Assembly: GCA_963770815.1 (NCBI GenBank)
Contig: CAVYQV010000017.1
Location: forward strand, 853 to 64,852
Source: an uncultured Actinomycetes bacterium
GTDB lineage: Bacteria > Actinomycetota > Thermoleophilia > Gaiellales > Gaiellaceae
Reading direction: 5' to 3'
DNA: 64,000 nt
Below the pieces are notes generated by a model. That model made no database searches. It worked only from the letters and a program-made list of their open reading frames with translations, and was not told where the DNA came from. Shown one piece after another: positions 37,938 to 49,773 of the stretch (the first letter of the stretch is position 1; every line of letters starts with the position of its first letter). The position numbers were made by a program, and so were the translations under genes.

Positions 37938-38315
37938 ATGAAAAAGGTCCCTGTTATCGCTGTAGCACTTGTTGCGGCACTTGTTGTCTCGGTGACCGCT
38001 TCAACGGCTGCGACAAGTGGCGCCTCTCACTGTCAGTACGCCAAGCTCTTTCGTGGTTGGCAGGGAATCCACGGGTCGATCTATCTGAGACTGACGATCA
38101 AGCCCCGTAATCCCATCGCGTGTAGAACGTGGGACGCGAAGTACTTTCCGGGGGGCGGACTGCTCTTCCGCAAGAAGCTCGGTACAGGCGTGATGCTCTG
38201 CAAGCTCCTCGACAAGACGAGCTCTCAGACCGTCACCGTGGGAGTCTTTGCAGATACGCCGAAGGCAGGCCGTGCATTCTGCCGCGCATTTCACCCGAGC
38301 TGGCGTAGGCTCTAA
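37938..38315 (+). CDS. small secreted protein (125 aa)
   Basis: ATG at 37938 is preceded by GAGGAG. Signal peptide 'MKKVPVIAVALVAALVVSVTAS'. Lower GC. No family recognised. Confidence 0.55.
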   Translation: MKKVPVIAVALVAALVVSVTASTAATSGASHCQYAKLFRGWQGIHGSIYLRLTIKPRNPIACRTWDAKYFPGGGLLFRKKLGTGVMLCKLLDKTSSQTVTVGVFADTPKAGRAFCRAFHPSWRRL

Positions 38316-38375
38316 GCACCGAAGCTCGATCCTGTCGAGCACTCAGCGGGTGCAGGATCTGCGAACCTTCCCAGG

Positions 38376-38627
38376 GTGAGACTGTTCCGACGGCGCAAGA
38401 AGTCGAGCGGCCAGGACGCTGCGACCTACCACATCGCCGCGTTGCTGGACGAGGGCGTCATGTCCGTCGATCAGCTGCTGGCCCCGGGCATCTGGGAGGA
38501 CTTCCCCGGGGATCCGGCTGACGTCCGGCGGTTCCTGCGGCAAGTCGCCGAAGATCCGAAGACTTCAGACGCAGACCGCCACAAGATCGAGCGTCACCTC
38601 GAGCAGCTTCAGAAGGCGCATCCTTAA
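38376..38627 (+). CDS. hypothetical protein (83 aa)
   Basis: ORF with non-repetitive composition. No family recognised. Confidence 0.35.
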   Translation: MRLFRRRKKSSGQDAATYHIAALLDEGVMSVDQLLAPGIWEDFPGDPADVRRFLRQVAEDPKTSDADRHKIERHLEQLQKAHP

Positions 38628-38647
38628 CGCCTCCCGTTGGTTCACTG

Positions 38648-38679
38648 GCCTGGGCCAGTGTTCCGGAATGACCCCCGAG
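38648..38679 (+). repeat. dispersed intergenic repeat, copy B
   Basis: gcctggggccagtgttccggaatgacccccgag-type copy, read as gcctgggccagtgttccggaatgacccccgag, 20 nt after the stop at 38627. It differs from copy C at one position. Confidence 0.75.
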
Positions 38680-38718
38680 CGGAGCGGCGGCGTTGGCGCC
38701 TTGTAGGGTGGTCAGGCT

Positions 38719-39672
38719 ATGAGTGGCGGCCCGCCGATCAGGCTTGAGCCGGTCGATCGTGCTGAGGTCACGATCGTGGTCGACAACTTTGTGGATCTAT
38801 TGATGGCCGGCTCTGATGGGGTGCGCAGGTATCTCGCCACAGGCTTCGGCGATCGCGATCAGTTGATTGCAGAACACGGCTTTTCTGCGCTGGTCACCGT
38901 TGAGTCGCGCGGCCGCCGGAGCTCGCTCCTGTACGACGGCGGCATGACACCGACCACGCTTGCCCGGAACTTGGATGTCCTGCAAGTACCGGTCAGAGAC
39001 CTACGCGCGCTTGTCGTCTCGCACGGACATGCCGACCATCATGGCGGACTCGAAGCGCTTTTCCAGCGCCACGGTCGGCAGCGACTCCCCCTTGTCATTC
39101 ACCCCGAGGCCTGGAAGGAACGAAAGATCGTATTCCCGAGCGGAAACGAGGTGCGACTTCCCCCTCCGAGTAAGCGCGACCTTGAGGCCGAGGGAGCCGA
39201 GGTCATCGAAGAACCTGGACAGACGCTCCTACTCGACTCGACCACGCTTGTCTCCGGTCAGGTGCAGCGACTAACCGCGTTCGAGCAGGGCTTCCCGATC
39301 CATCACGCGCACTCAAATGAAGGCTGGCGGCCAGACCCGATGATCTGGGACGACCAGAACCTGATCGTCAACGTACAGGGCAAAGGACTCGTCATCGTCT
39401 CCGGCTGTTCACACGCAGGAGCCGTCAACGTCTTGCACAACGCGCAGCGCCTTACCGGCGAGCAGCGCATCGCCGGTTTCATCGGCGGCCTTCACCTCAC
39501 CGGCGCGACCTTCGAACCCATCATCGAACCTACCGTCAATGCATTCGCAGCCGCCCGCGTAGATCGTCTCCTACCAGCGCACTGCACCGGCTGGAAGGCT
39601 GTTCACCAACTCGCGCGCGCGCTTCCCGACGCCTTCGTCCAACCGGCTGTCGGAACGGTCGTCACGTTCTGA
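38719..39672 (+). CDS. MBL-fold metallo-hydrolase
   Basis: 'LVVSHGHADHHGGL' HxHxDH motif, 317 aa. Confidence 0.8.
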   Translation: MSGGPPIRLEPVDRAEVTIVVDNFVDLLMAGSDGVRRYLATGFGDRDQLIAEHGFSALVTVESRGRRSSLLYDGGMTPTTLARNLDVLQVPVRDLRALVVSHGHADHHGGLEALFQRHGRQRLPLVIHPEAWKERKIVFPSGNEVRLPPPSKRDLEAEGAEVIEEPGQTLLLDSTTLVSGQVQRLTAFEQGFPIHHAHSNEGWRPDPMIWDDQNLIVNVQGKGLVIVSGCSHAGAVNVLHNAQRLTGEQRIAGFIGGLHLTGATFEPIIEPTVNAFAAARVDRLLPAHCTGWKAVHQLARALPDAFVQPAVGTVVTF

Positions 39673-39685
39673 GGACAGGCCGCTC

Positions 39686-39717
39686 GCCTGGGCCAGTGTT
39701 CCGGAATGACCCCTGAG
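39686..39717 (+). repeat. dispersed intergenic repeat, copy C
   Basis: gcctgggccagtgttccggaatgacccctgag, 13 nt after the stop at 39672. Confidence 0.75.
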
Positions 39718-39765
39718 GCGCCGGCGAGCGCTGCTCAGTTGTTGCGGAGTGGGCGGAGCCAGAGA

Positions 39766-40584
39766 TCAAGCGCGATGATCCCCATGGGGTGCCGAGTGTA
39801 CGAGGGTGTCGAGTGCGGGCGTGTCAACGAGCGCCTGGACTGCGACGGCGGGCTGTCCGCTTGGGCTGGAGGTCGAGCCTACGCCGGTGATGTAGTCGTT
39901 GCGGGCGGAAGGCGGCCCGCTGGTCAGGATCTTGGTCAGGCGGGTTCTGGTGCTCGCTAGCTCCTTTGCGCTGTAGTGGGAGCGAACGATGCAGAGGTCG
40001 GATGCCGACCTTCCAGCAGATCGTCGCGTCTGCTGTGGATCGCTGGATGCCACCGTGACCACAGCGACTCCTGTCCGCGGGCGGAAAATGGTCACCGCCA
40101 GCACGTTTGCCAGGTGTGGCACGGTTGGGTTCGAGTCCGGTCCGGAGCTTGGCCAGCCGGCCGCTGGCGCCGGACATGGCGGCTTGCGCCAAGCGGCGGC
40201 CGAGTTTGGGGCCGCTCGCGGCGGGCCTTGTCTGACCACGGTCAGCGTCCCATCTCGGAAGGTGCCGGCGAGGTAGGCGGACCCCCAGGTGGCGCCGGCT
40301 CGATGCACCCGTTGCGAGAGCCGCGAAAGGCCGACCCCGCGCAAGAGCAGGCCACTGGGGCAGTAAGGTCCTGCCGAACCGCTCCAGCCGGCCGGGATCG
40401 CCACGCCGCCGCAGAACCGAACGGTGCCGTGCTCGGCGACGACCATTCCGCTGGCGCCGACGAGCTGGCCAGCCGACCGCGGCTGCTTTGCTCCACCTGG
40501 CGTAGACGTCTTCGTCGCCGCGCCGCAGCCAGCGACGACCAAGCCGGCGGCGGCGAGAACCAGCACTCTAGGAACCATGTTCAC
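39766..40584 (-). CDS. putative lipoprotein
   Basis: 'MNMVPRVLVLAAAGLVVAGC' signal peptide plus lipobox. No family recognised. Confidence 0.55.
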   Translation of the reverse strand: MNMVPRVLVLAAAGLVVAGCGAATKTSTPGGAKQPRSAGQLVGASGMVVAEHGTVRFCGGVAIPAGWSGSAGPYCPSGLLLRGVGLSRLSQRVHRAGATWGSAYLAGTFRDGTLTVVRQGPPRAAPNSAAAWRKPPCPAPAAGWPSSGPDSNPTVPHLANVLAVTIFRPRTGVAVVTVASSDPQQTRRSAGRSASDLCIVRSHYSAKELASTRTRLTKILTSGPPSARNDYITGVGSTSSPSGQPAVAVQALVDTPALDTLVHSAPHGDHRA

Positions 40585-40651
40585 CTGCCCGTTATACGCC
40601 GCGGACAGGGCCCGATGTCACGACCACTTGTGGCCGCAGCCATCGACCGCA

Positions 40652-40676
40652 GGGACGCTGGCCTAGGCCCAGTGTC
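40652..40676 (-). terminator. hairpin downstream of secA
   Basis: GGACGCTGGCC-tag-GCCCAGTGTCC, with 9 of 11 positions pairing. There is no clear U-tract. The right arm resembles the 5' part of the dispersed repeat. Confidence 0.35.
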
Positions 40677-40707
40677 CTCACGCCTGATCGGGACGGTCGG
40701 CGGCGCG

Positions 40708-43356
<2,649 letters not shown>

Positions 43357-43388
43357 TAGTCGCTCCTCACAGGGGCAAGGGTAGCGGG

Positions 43389-43997
43389 CTACAGGGCGGT
43401 CGCCTTGACCTCCCAGTAGTCGCCGTCGATCCGCTCCGCCTCGACGTAGAAGCTGTCGCCGAACGTCTCGCCCAGCCGCTCGAGCTCGGCGGGGACGAGC
43501 GCGTCGCTCTGCTCGCCGTCGACGCGCAGCTCGCCGTGGTCGACGTGTTGCGAGAGCTCGAGCTTGTCGCCGACCGGGAACGGGATCTGCGCCACCTGGA
43601 TCCGCTTCGCCCCGACTCCCCAGAGGTCCCCGTCCTGCCGGTGACCGACGGCGCGATAGGGCGGGCTCACGGTGCGCTCGACGGCGTCGGCGAGCGGCGT
43701 GAGGTCGGCGTCGCCGTTCTCCTCGCTGACGATCACGTCGCCGTTCGGGATCGTCGTGAACTCGACTCGGTCGCCCACGAGCGCGGGCGCCGTGACTGTG
43801 GTCGCCGCGTCCCACTCCCGCGGGCCGACACCCGAGCCGTCGGCGACCCCGGTTCTCGCCAAGACCGACTTCGGCAGCTCGACCGGCTGCGGCGGCGGTG
43901 GAGGCGGTGCGTCTCCGAGGGCCTGATCCGGGTCGAGCCCCGCCTTGCGCAGGAGCTGTTCGTTCAGCGTCTCCTTGTTGCGCCGGAAGAGCCCCAC
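43389..43997 (-). CDS. hypothetical protein (202 aa) between hpf and secA
   Basis: GTG at 43997 abuts the hpf stop. Pro-rich linker, then an acidic domain. No family recognised. Confidence 0.5.
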   Translation of the reverse strand: MGLFRRNKETLNEQLLRKAGLDPDQALGDAPPPPPPQPVELPKSVLARTGVADGSGVGPREWDAATTVTAPALVGDRVEFTTIPNGDVIVSEENGDADLTPLADAVERTVSPPYRAVGHRQDGDLWGVGAKRIQVAQIPFPVGDKLELSQHVDHGELRVDGEQSDALVPAELERLGETFGDSFYVEAERIDGDYWEVKATAL

Positions 43998-44360
43998 CTA
44001 GCTCTCGGTGACCTCGGCCGCGGCGGTGTCGGCTGCCTCCGGTTCAGCGGAGTGCTTGCGGCCGGCGACGCGCTTGTCGTGGATGTCCCTGACCTGGCGC
44101 ACGAGCTTGTCTGCGAGCTCGTCGACGGCGGCCTTCATGTCGCGCGCGGTCTCGCGTGCGCGCAGCGTGCGGCCCTTCAGGTGGACGGTGGCCTCGGCCA
44201 CCTGCGAGTCGGCGATCGACGGGTTCCGCTCGACCGCGAGCTCGATCTCGACCTCGGTCAACTCGTGGACGCGGCGGTCGAGCTTCTGCAGCCTCCGCTC
44301 GACGTAGGCCCGCATGGAGTCGCTCACCTCGAGGTTCTTGCCCTTGACGTGAAGCTGCAT
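43998..44360 (-). CDS. hpf: ribosome hibernation factor (RaiA/HPF, short form)
   Basis: 'MQLHVKGKNLEVSDSMRAYVERRLQKLDRRV...ATVHLKGRTLRARETARDMKAAVDELADKL'. Confidence 0.85.
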   Translation of the reverse strand: MQLHVKGKNLEVSDSMRAYVERRLQKLDRRVHELTEVEIELAVERNPSIADSQVAEATVHLKGRTLRARETARDMKAAVDELADKLVRQVRDIHDKRVAGRKHSAEPEAADTAAAEVTES

Positions 44361-44431
44361 TCGCGCCTCCCCTGTCGCTGCATGTACCTGTGACCTAACC
44401 CTACTCGGGAGGCGTGTGACCGCATCCGTGT

Positions 44432-45088
44432 TTAGCCACGACGGAGCGCGCGTGCGAACGCGACCGCCTCGACCCGGCGTGCACCACCGGCGCGGAGCGC
44501 GCCGGCGGCCGCCGCGGCGGTGGCGCCGGTCGTGTACACGTCGTCGATCACGGCGACCTTCCGGGGTGCCGCGCTCGTCGCGCGGAAGGCGCCGCGCACC
44601 GTCTGCCGCTCGGCGGCGGAGCTCCCGCGCTGGCGGCCGCCGCGCGTCCGCTCGAGCAGCGGCAGGCACGGGAGCTCCCAGAGCACGGCGAGCTCGAGCG
44701 TCAGACGTTCGGCCGGGTTGTGCCCGCGCTCGAGCCGCCGGCCGCGATCGGCCGGGACGAACGTGAGCGCGTCCACTTCGGGCGGCGGTAGGCGCTCGGC
44801 GACGAGCTCCGCGGCCTCGGCGGCGAGCCGGCGCAGCCCGCGTTCCTTCCACGCGTGGACGAGCCGGCGCGCCGCCGCGTCGTACCCGACCGCCGCACGG
44901 GCGCTCGCGAACGCGAGCCGCCGGCCCGCGCACTCGCGGCAGCGTTCCACCTGCCACACGGTCGGCGCTCCGCAGCGTTCGCAGAGTGGCGGCTCGATCC
45001 GCGGCAGCTCCGCACGGCAGGCGGCGCAGAGCTGCCTGCCGCCGCTGCCGCACACCACGCAGCGCTGCGGCAGGAGCAGGTCGAGCAC
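44432..45088 (-). CDS. ComF-family phosphoribosyltransferase-domain protein
   Basis: N-terminal Cys-rich region 'CVVCGSG...CAACRAEL...CERCG...CRECA'. C-terminal PRPP motif 'VAVIDDVYTTGAT'. Confidence 0.8.
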   Translation of the reverse strand: MLDLLLPQRCVVCGSGGRQLCAACRAELPRIEPPLCERCGAPTVWQVERCRECAGRRLAFASARAAVGYDAAARRLVHAWKERGLRRLAAEAAELVAERLPPPEVDALTFVPADRGRRLERGHNPAERLTLELAVLWELPCLPLLERTRGGRQRGSSAAERQTVRGAFRATSAAPRKVAVIDDVYTTGATAAAAAGALRAGGARRVEAVAFARALRRG

Positions 45089-45130
45089 GTGCTCACGCTA
45101 GGACGCGACGTGTGTCCGGAGCGTGCCGAT

Positions 45131-45898
45131 TCAGTCGAGGCTGTACGACTCGCGCTCCGGCAGTCCCGCCAGCCGCCGCTGGCGATTGTCCGCCTCGAGC
45201 AGCTGGTCGTGGTTCCCGACGTCGTACCACGGACCCTCGAAGCGGTAACCGTAGACCGGCTCGCGCCCCGCGAGCCAGCCGAGGAAGCTGCCGGCGTTGT
45301 CCGGGCTCTGGCCCTCGTCGAGGTAGGTGCCGATGAGGCTCGCGTGCGCCCGCGGCAGGAGGTAGACCAGCGTCGAAGCAAGTGTCGACGGCGGGTCGCT
45401 CGGCTTCTCGACGAAGCGCACGATGCGGTCCTCGGCGTCGGTCTCGGCGATCCCGTAGTGCGTCGCGAGCTTGAGGTCGCCGACGTCGTGGAGCGGCACG
45501 GCAGTCGACGGCTGGGGCTTGGCGTGCCACCACTCGACGAAGCGCGGGAGCGAGAACTCGAACAGGTTGTCCCCCGCCAGGACGAGCAGCTCGTCGTCGA
45601 GGCGCGCCTCCTCGATCACGAGCCGGAGATCGCCTACTGCGCCGAGCCGATCATCGTTCGAGGCAGTGCCGTCGTCGTGCACGGTCACGGCGTGCGGCTC
45701 GGCCCAGCGCCCGAAGGCGGGAGCAAAGCGGCTGTTCGTCACGAGCTGGACCGCGTCCACCTCCTGCACCTCCCGGACCCGGTCGAGCACCCAGTCGAGC
45801 ATGGGACGGCCGCCGACGGGGAGGAGCTGTTTGGGCAGGTCGTCCGTCAGCGGCCGGAGGCGGGTCGCGTAGCCCGCCGCAAGGATCACGGCCTTCAC
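45131..45898 (-). CDS. sugar-phosphate nucleotidyltransferase (NTP_transferase fold)
   Basis: 'VKAVILAAGYATRLRPLTDDLPKQLLPVGGRPML'. The GTG at 45898 overlaps the mtnA stop (GTGA). Confidence 0.8.
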   Translation of the reverse strand: MKAVILAAGYATRLRPLTDDLPKQLLPVGGRPMLDWVLDRVREVQEVDAVQLVTNSRFAPAFGRWAEPHAVTVHDDGTASNDDRLGAVGDLRLVIEEARLDDELLVLAGDNLFEFSLPRFVEWWHAKPQPSTAVPLHDVGDLKLATHYGIAETDAEDRIVRFVEKPSDPPSTLASTLVYLLPRAHASLIGTYLDEGQSPDNAGSFLGWLAGREPVYGYRFEGPWYDVGNHDQLLEADNRQRRLAGLPERESYSLD

Positions 45899-46857
45899 GA
45901 GAGGGACTCTGCATAGGGAGGGCGATGGACGCCGGTCTCCGTGACGATCGCGGCGATCAGCGCGGCCGGCGTCACGTCGAAGGCAGGATTGCGGGCGGGG
46001 AAGCGGCTCGTCAGCTCGGCCGGGTCGCGCTCCTCGATCGGTATCCCCGAGCCGTCGGGCGTCTCGCGGTCGAGCGTCGAGGTGGGCGCCACGACGTAGA
46101 ACGGGATCGTGTGGTGAGCGGCGAGCACAGCGAGCGAGTATGTCCCGATCTTGTTCGCCGTGTCGCCGTTCACGGCGATCCGGTCGGCGCCGGTGACGAC
46201 GAGGTCGACCTCGCCGCGCGCCATGAGCGAGCCGGCTGCGGAGTCGGCGATGACGGCGTGCGGGATGCCGGCGCGCTCGAGCTCCCACGCGGTCAGGCGC
46301 GCGCCCTGCAGGAGCGGCCGGGTCTCGTCGACGAGCACTCGCTCGAGGAGCCCGCGCTCGGCCGCGGCGCGCAGCGCGCCGACCGCCGAGCCGTAACCGC
46401 CGGTCGCGAGGCCGCCGGCGTTGCAGTGCGTGAGGGCGCGGGTGCCTGGCTCGAAGAGCCCGGCGGCGTGCGCGGCCATGCTGCGGCAGCGGTCGACCTC
46501 CTCCTCGTGGAGCGCGCGCGCCCGCCCGGGCGTCGGCTCGTCGTGCATCTGGGCGAGCGCCCACGGGAGGTTGACCGCCGTCGGCCGGGAAGCCGCGAGT
46601 GCGCGCTCGGCCTCGGCGAGGTCGTCGCCGCGGAGTGCCGCGAGCGCGAGACCGTACGCGGCCGCGATGCCGATCGCCGGGGCGCCGCGCACGACCATGT
46701 CCCGGATCGCGTCGGCCACCTCCACGGCGGTCTCGCAGCGGACGTCGACGACGTCGTCCGGCAGCCGGCGCTGGTCGAGGAGGACGACCGCCGGACCGTC
46801 CTCCTCGAGGCGGACGATCTGCTCCGGCTCGAGCTCAACCATGGCCGGAAGAGCCAT
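45895..46857 (-). CDS. mtnA: S-methyl-5-thioribose-1-phosphate isomerase (eIF-2B alpha/beta/delta family)
   Basis: 'LLDQRRLP...VRGAPAIGIAAAYGLALA...RPTAVNLPWA...THCNAG.LAT...GADRIAVNGDTANKIGTY'. Confidence 0.85.
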   Translation of the reverse strand: MALPAMVELEPEQIVRLEEDGPAVVLLDQRRLPDDVVDVRCETAVEVADAIRDMVVRGAPAIGIAAAYGLALAALRGDDLAEAERALAASRPTAVNLPWALAQMHDEPTPGRARALHEEEVDRCRSMAAHAAGLFEPGTRALTHCNAGGLATGGYGSAVGALRAAAERGLLERVLVDETRPLLQGARLTAWELERAGIPHAVIADSAAGSLMARGEVDLVVTGADRIAVNGDTANKIGTYSLAVLAAHHTIPFYVVAPTSTLDRETPDGSGIPIEERDPAELTSRFPARNPAFDVTPAALIAAIVTETGVHRPPYAESLS

Positions 46858-46957
46858 GACCCGGTGTCAGACACCTAGACATGGCCGCCGCAGACGGTGA
46901 GTGGCTCAGTCAGCGGCCTCGCGTGCATCCACACCAACCGGGCCACGGCCGATCGAG

Positions 46958-46986
46958 CCCTGCCCGGTGTCAGACACCGGACAGGG
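46958..46986 (-). terminator. hairpin downstream of ahcY containing the CCGGTGTCAGACACCGG palindrome
   Basis: ccctgcccggtgtc-a-gacaccgg(a)caggg forms a stem of about 13 bp, 24 nt after the ahcY stop. There is no U-tract. Confidence 0.35.
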
Positions 46987-47009
46987 CCAGTTCGGACAGG
47001 TGCGACGGG

Positions 47010-48278
<1,269 letters not shown>

Positions 48279-48291
48279 CGGTTCCTTTCCG

Positions 48292-48618
48292 TTATGCGGC
48301 GAGAAGTCGTTCGTGCTTGCGTTGTTCCCATTCGACCCAGGAAGCATCCTCGGCCTCGGCGAGCCACCCGTCGATCGCCGTGCGGAGCTCGGGCTCCCGG
48401 CGCAACCTCGCGGCGAACACGATGTCGCCGATCCCGAGGCCGAAGCGGCGCCGCAGCTCGGCGAGCGAGCGGAGCTGGTTCAGCTCGCGCAGGCCGTAAA
48501 GCCGGTAGCCGGCGGGCGTGCGCGACGGGACGACGAGCCCGGATCGCTCGAGATAACGAAGCATCCGGGCGGACCAGCCGGTTTGTGAGGCGGCATGGGA
48601 GACGTGGAGCGCATCCAT
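48292..48618 (-). CDS. MerR-family transcriptional regulator
   Basis: '[37 protein letters not shown]'. It ends 13 nt upstream of ahcY. Confidence 0.8.
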   Translation of the reverse strand: MDALHVSHAASQTGWSARMLRYLERSGLVVPSRTPAGYRLYGLRELNQLRSLAELRRRFGLGIGDIVFAARLRREPELRTAIDGWLAEAEDASWVEWEQRKHERLLAA

Positions 48619-48662
48619 CGGCCCAACCCTAACAAGGCCGTGTCAAGGCTCGCGGCAGGCGC

Positions 48663-49358
48663 TCAGGCCTCACCGCGCAGCCGCGCGACGAGCCGGTCGA
48701 GGGCTGCCTCCTCTGCCCCGGCAGCGAGCAGGCGGATCCGGATGCCGTCCTGTCGCTCGATGTCCTCGAGCACCTCGACAAGCGTGCGGCCCGCCGGCTC
48801 CGAAACCCGGCGCCGCCGCTCCCGCTCCGGCTCGTTCGGCGCCTCCGCGAGCCACTCGCCGTGGTACGGCGCCCAGCTCTCGTCGCTCAACGCATGATCC
48901 GTGGCGATCGCGTCGCGCTCGACGCCCGCGAGCCAGAGCGCCATCCCGCACGCGATGCCCGTACGGTCGCGTCCGCCCGCGCAATGGATCGCCACCGGCG
49001 GCTCGGCGTCGCCGAGCAGAGTCAGCGCCTGCGCAAGCTCGGCGCGGTAGTGGTCGGCGAGGGCGAGGTACGCGTCCTGCATCGACGGCCAGTCCCAGGC
49101 CGCGGGAAGGGGACGGGGGTCCATCGCCTGACGCACGACCGGGACCGGGAGCGGGTTGAGCCCGTCGTCCTCGTGCTCGCGATTCGGCCTCAGGTCGACG
49201 ACGAGCGAGACCCCGTAGTCCACGAGCGCGCGGCGACCGGCCTCACTCAGGCCGGGAAGCCAGTCGGCGCGGACGACGACGCGGTACGCCGTCTCGCCAC
49301 CGCCGGCGAGCGGCAGCCCGCCGAGGTCGCGGACGTTGATGCAGCCGTCCCAGCGCAG
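48663..49358 (-). CDS. protein-tyrosine phosphatase (CX5R), no canonical start codon
   Basis: 'VAIHCAGGRDRTG' active site. The family-typical N-terminus 'RWDGCINVRDLGGLP' lies upstream of the first GTG (49223), in frame. Only a CTG (49358) is available. Confidence 0.6.
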   Translation of the reverse strand: MRWDGCINVRDLGGLPLAGGGETAYRVVVRADWLPGLSEAGRRALVDYGVSLVVDLRPNREHEDDGLNPLPVPVVRQAMDPRPLPAAWDWPSMQDAYLALADHYRAELAQALTLLGDAEPPVAIHCAGGRDRTGIACGMALWLAGVERDAIATDHALSDESWAPYHGEWLAEAPNEPERERRRRVSEPAGRTLVEVLEDIERQDGIRIRLLAAGAEEAALDRLVARLRGEA

Positions 49359-49365
49359 GACGCGT

Positions 49366-49773
49366 TCAGGCGTCGCTGGTGCCTTCGCGTCCGTAACGGT
49401 CCTCGAGCCGGACGACGTCGTCGAGGTGCGGCGTCGAGACCTCGAGGATCGTCGTGTCCTCGAGCGCGGTGACCCGGTGCACCGTTCCGGGGCTGAAGTG
49501 GAAGCACGCGCCGGCCGTGACGACCTCCTCGTCGAGCGCCTCCTGGCCGGCCTCGCCGAGCTCGAGCCGCGCCCGGCCGCTCTGCACGTACCAGCTCTCG
49601 TCCTTCTCGCGGTGGAACTGGAGGGAGAGCGACTCCCCCGCGCTGACGAAGAGAACCTTCCCGACGTAGGCGTCGGCGTGTGCCCAGATCAGCTCCCAGC
49701 CCCACGGCTTCTCGACACGCCGCGGCTCGAATGCGAACCGGTCGAGCGAGCCGTAGTTCGGCGAGTCCAACAT
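49366..49773 (-). CDS. cupin-domain protein (type II phosphomannose-isomerase-like)
   Basis: 'KPWGWELIWA...GESLSLQFHREKDESWYVQSG...GTVHR'. The ATG at 49773 overlaps the upstream stop by 1 nt. Confidence 0.7.
   Translation of the reverse strand: MLDSPNYGSLDRFAFEPRRVEKPWGWELIWAHADAYVGKVLFVSAGESLSLQFHREKDESWYVQSGRARLELGEAGQEALDEEVVTAGACFHFSPGTVHRVTALEDTTILEVSTPHLDDVVRLEDRYGREGTSDA

Noticed and set aside
43357-43815. The N-terminal 152-aa extension of the 1035-aa secA ORF.
   Set aside because: It is Arg/Pro-rich nonsense that overlaps the real upstream gene 43389..43997 in another frame. SecA homology begins at the GTG at 43356, which has an AGGAG ribosome-binding site.
46983-47005. A fifth copy of the dispersed repeat (gggccagttcggacagg).
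   Set aside because: It shares only a ~12-nt core with gaps. Its orientation relative to the adjacent gene differs from copies A-C. The similarity is probably coincidental.
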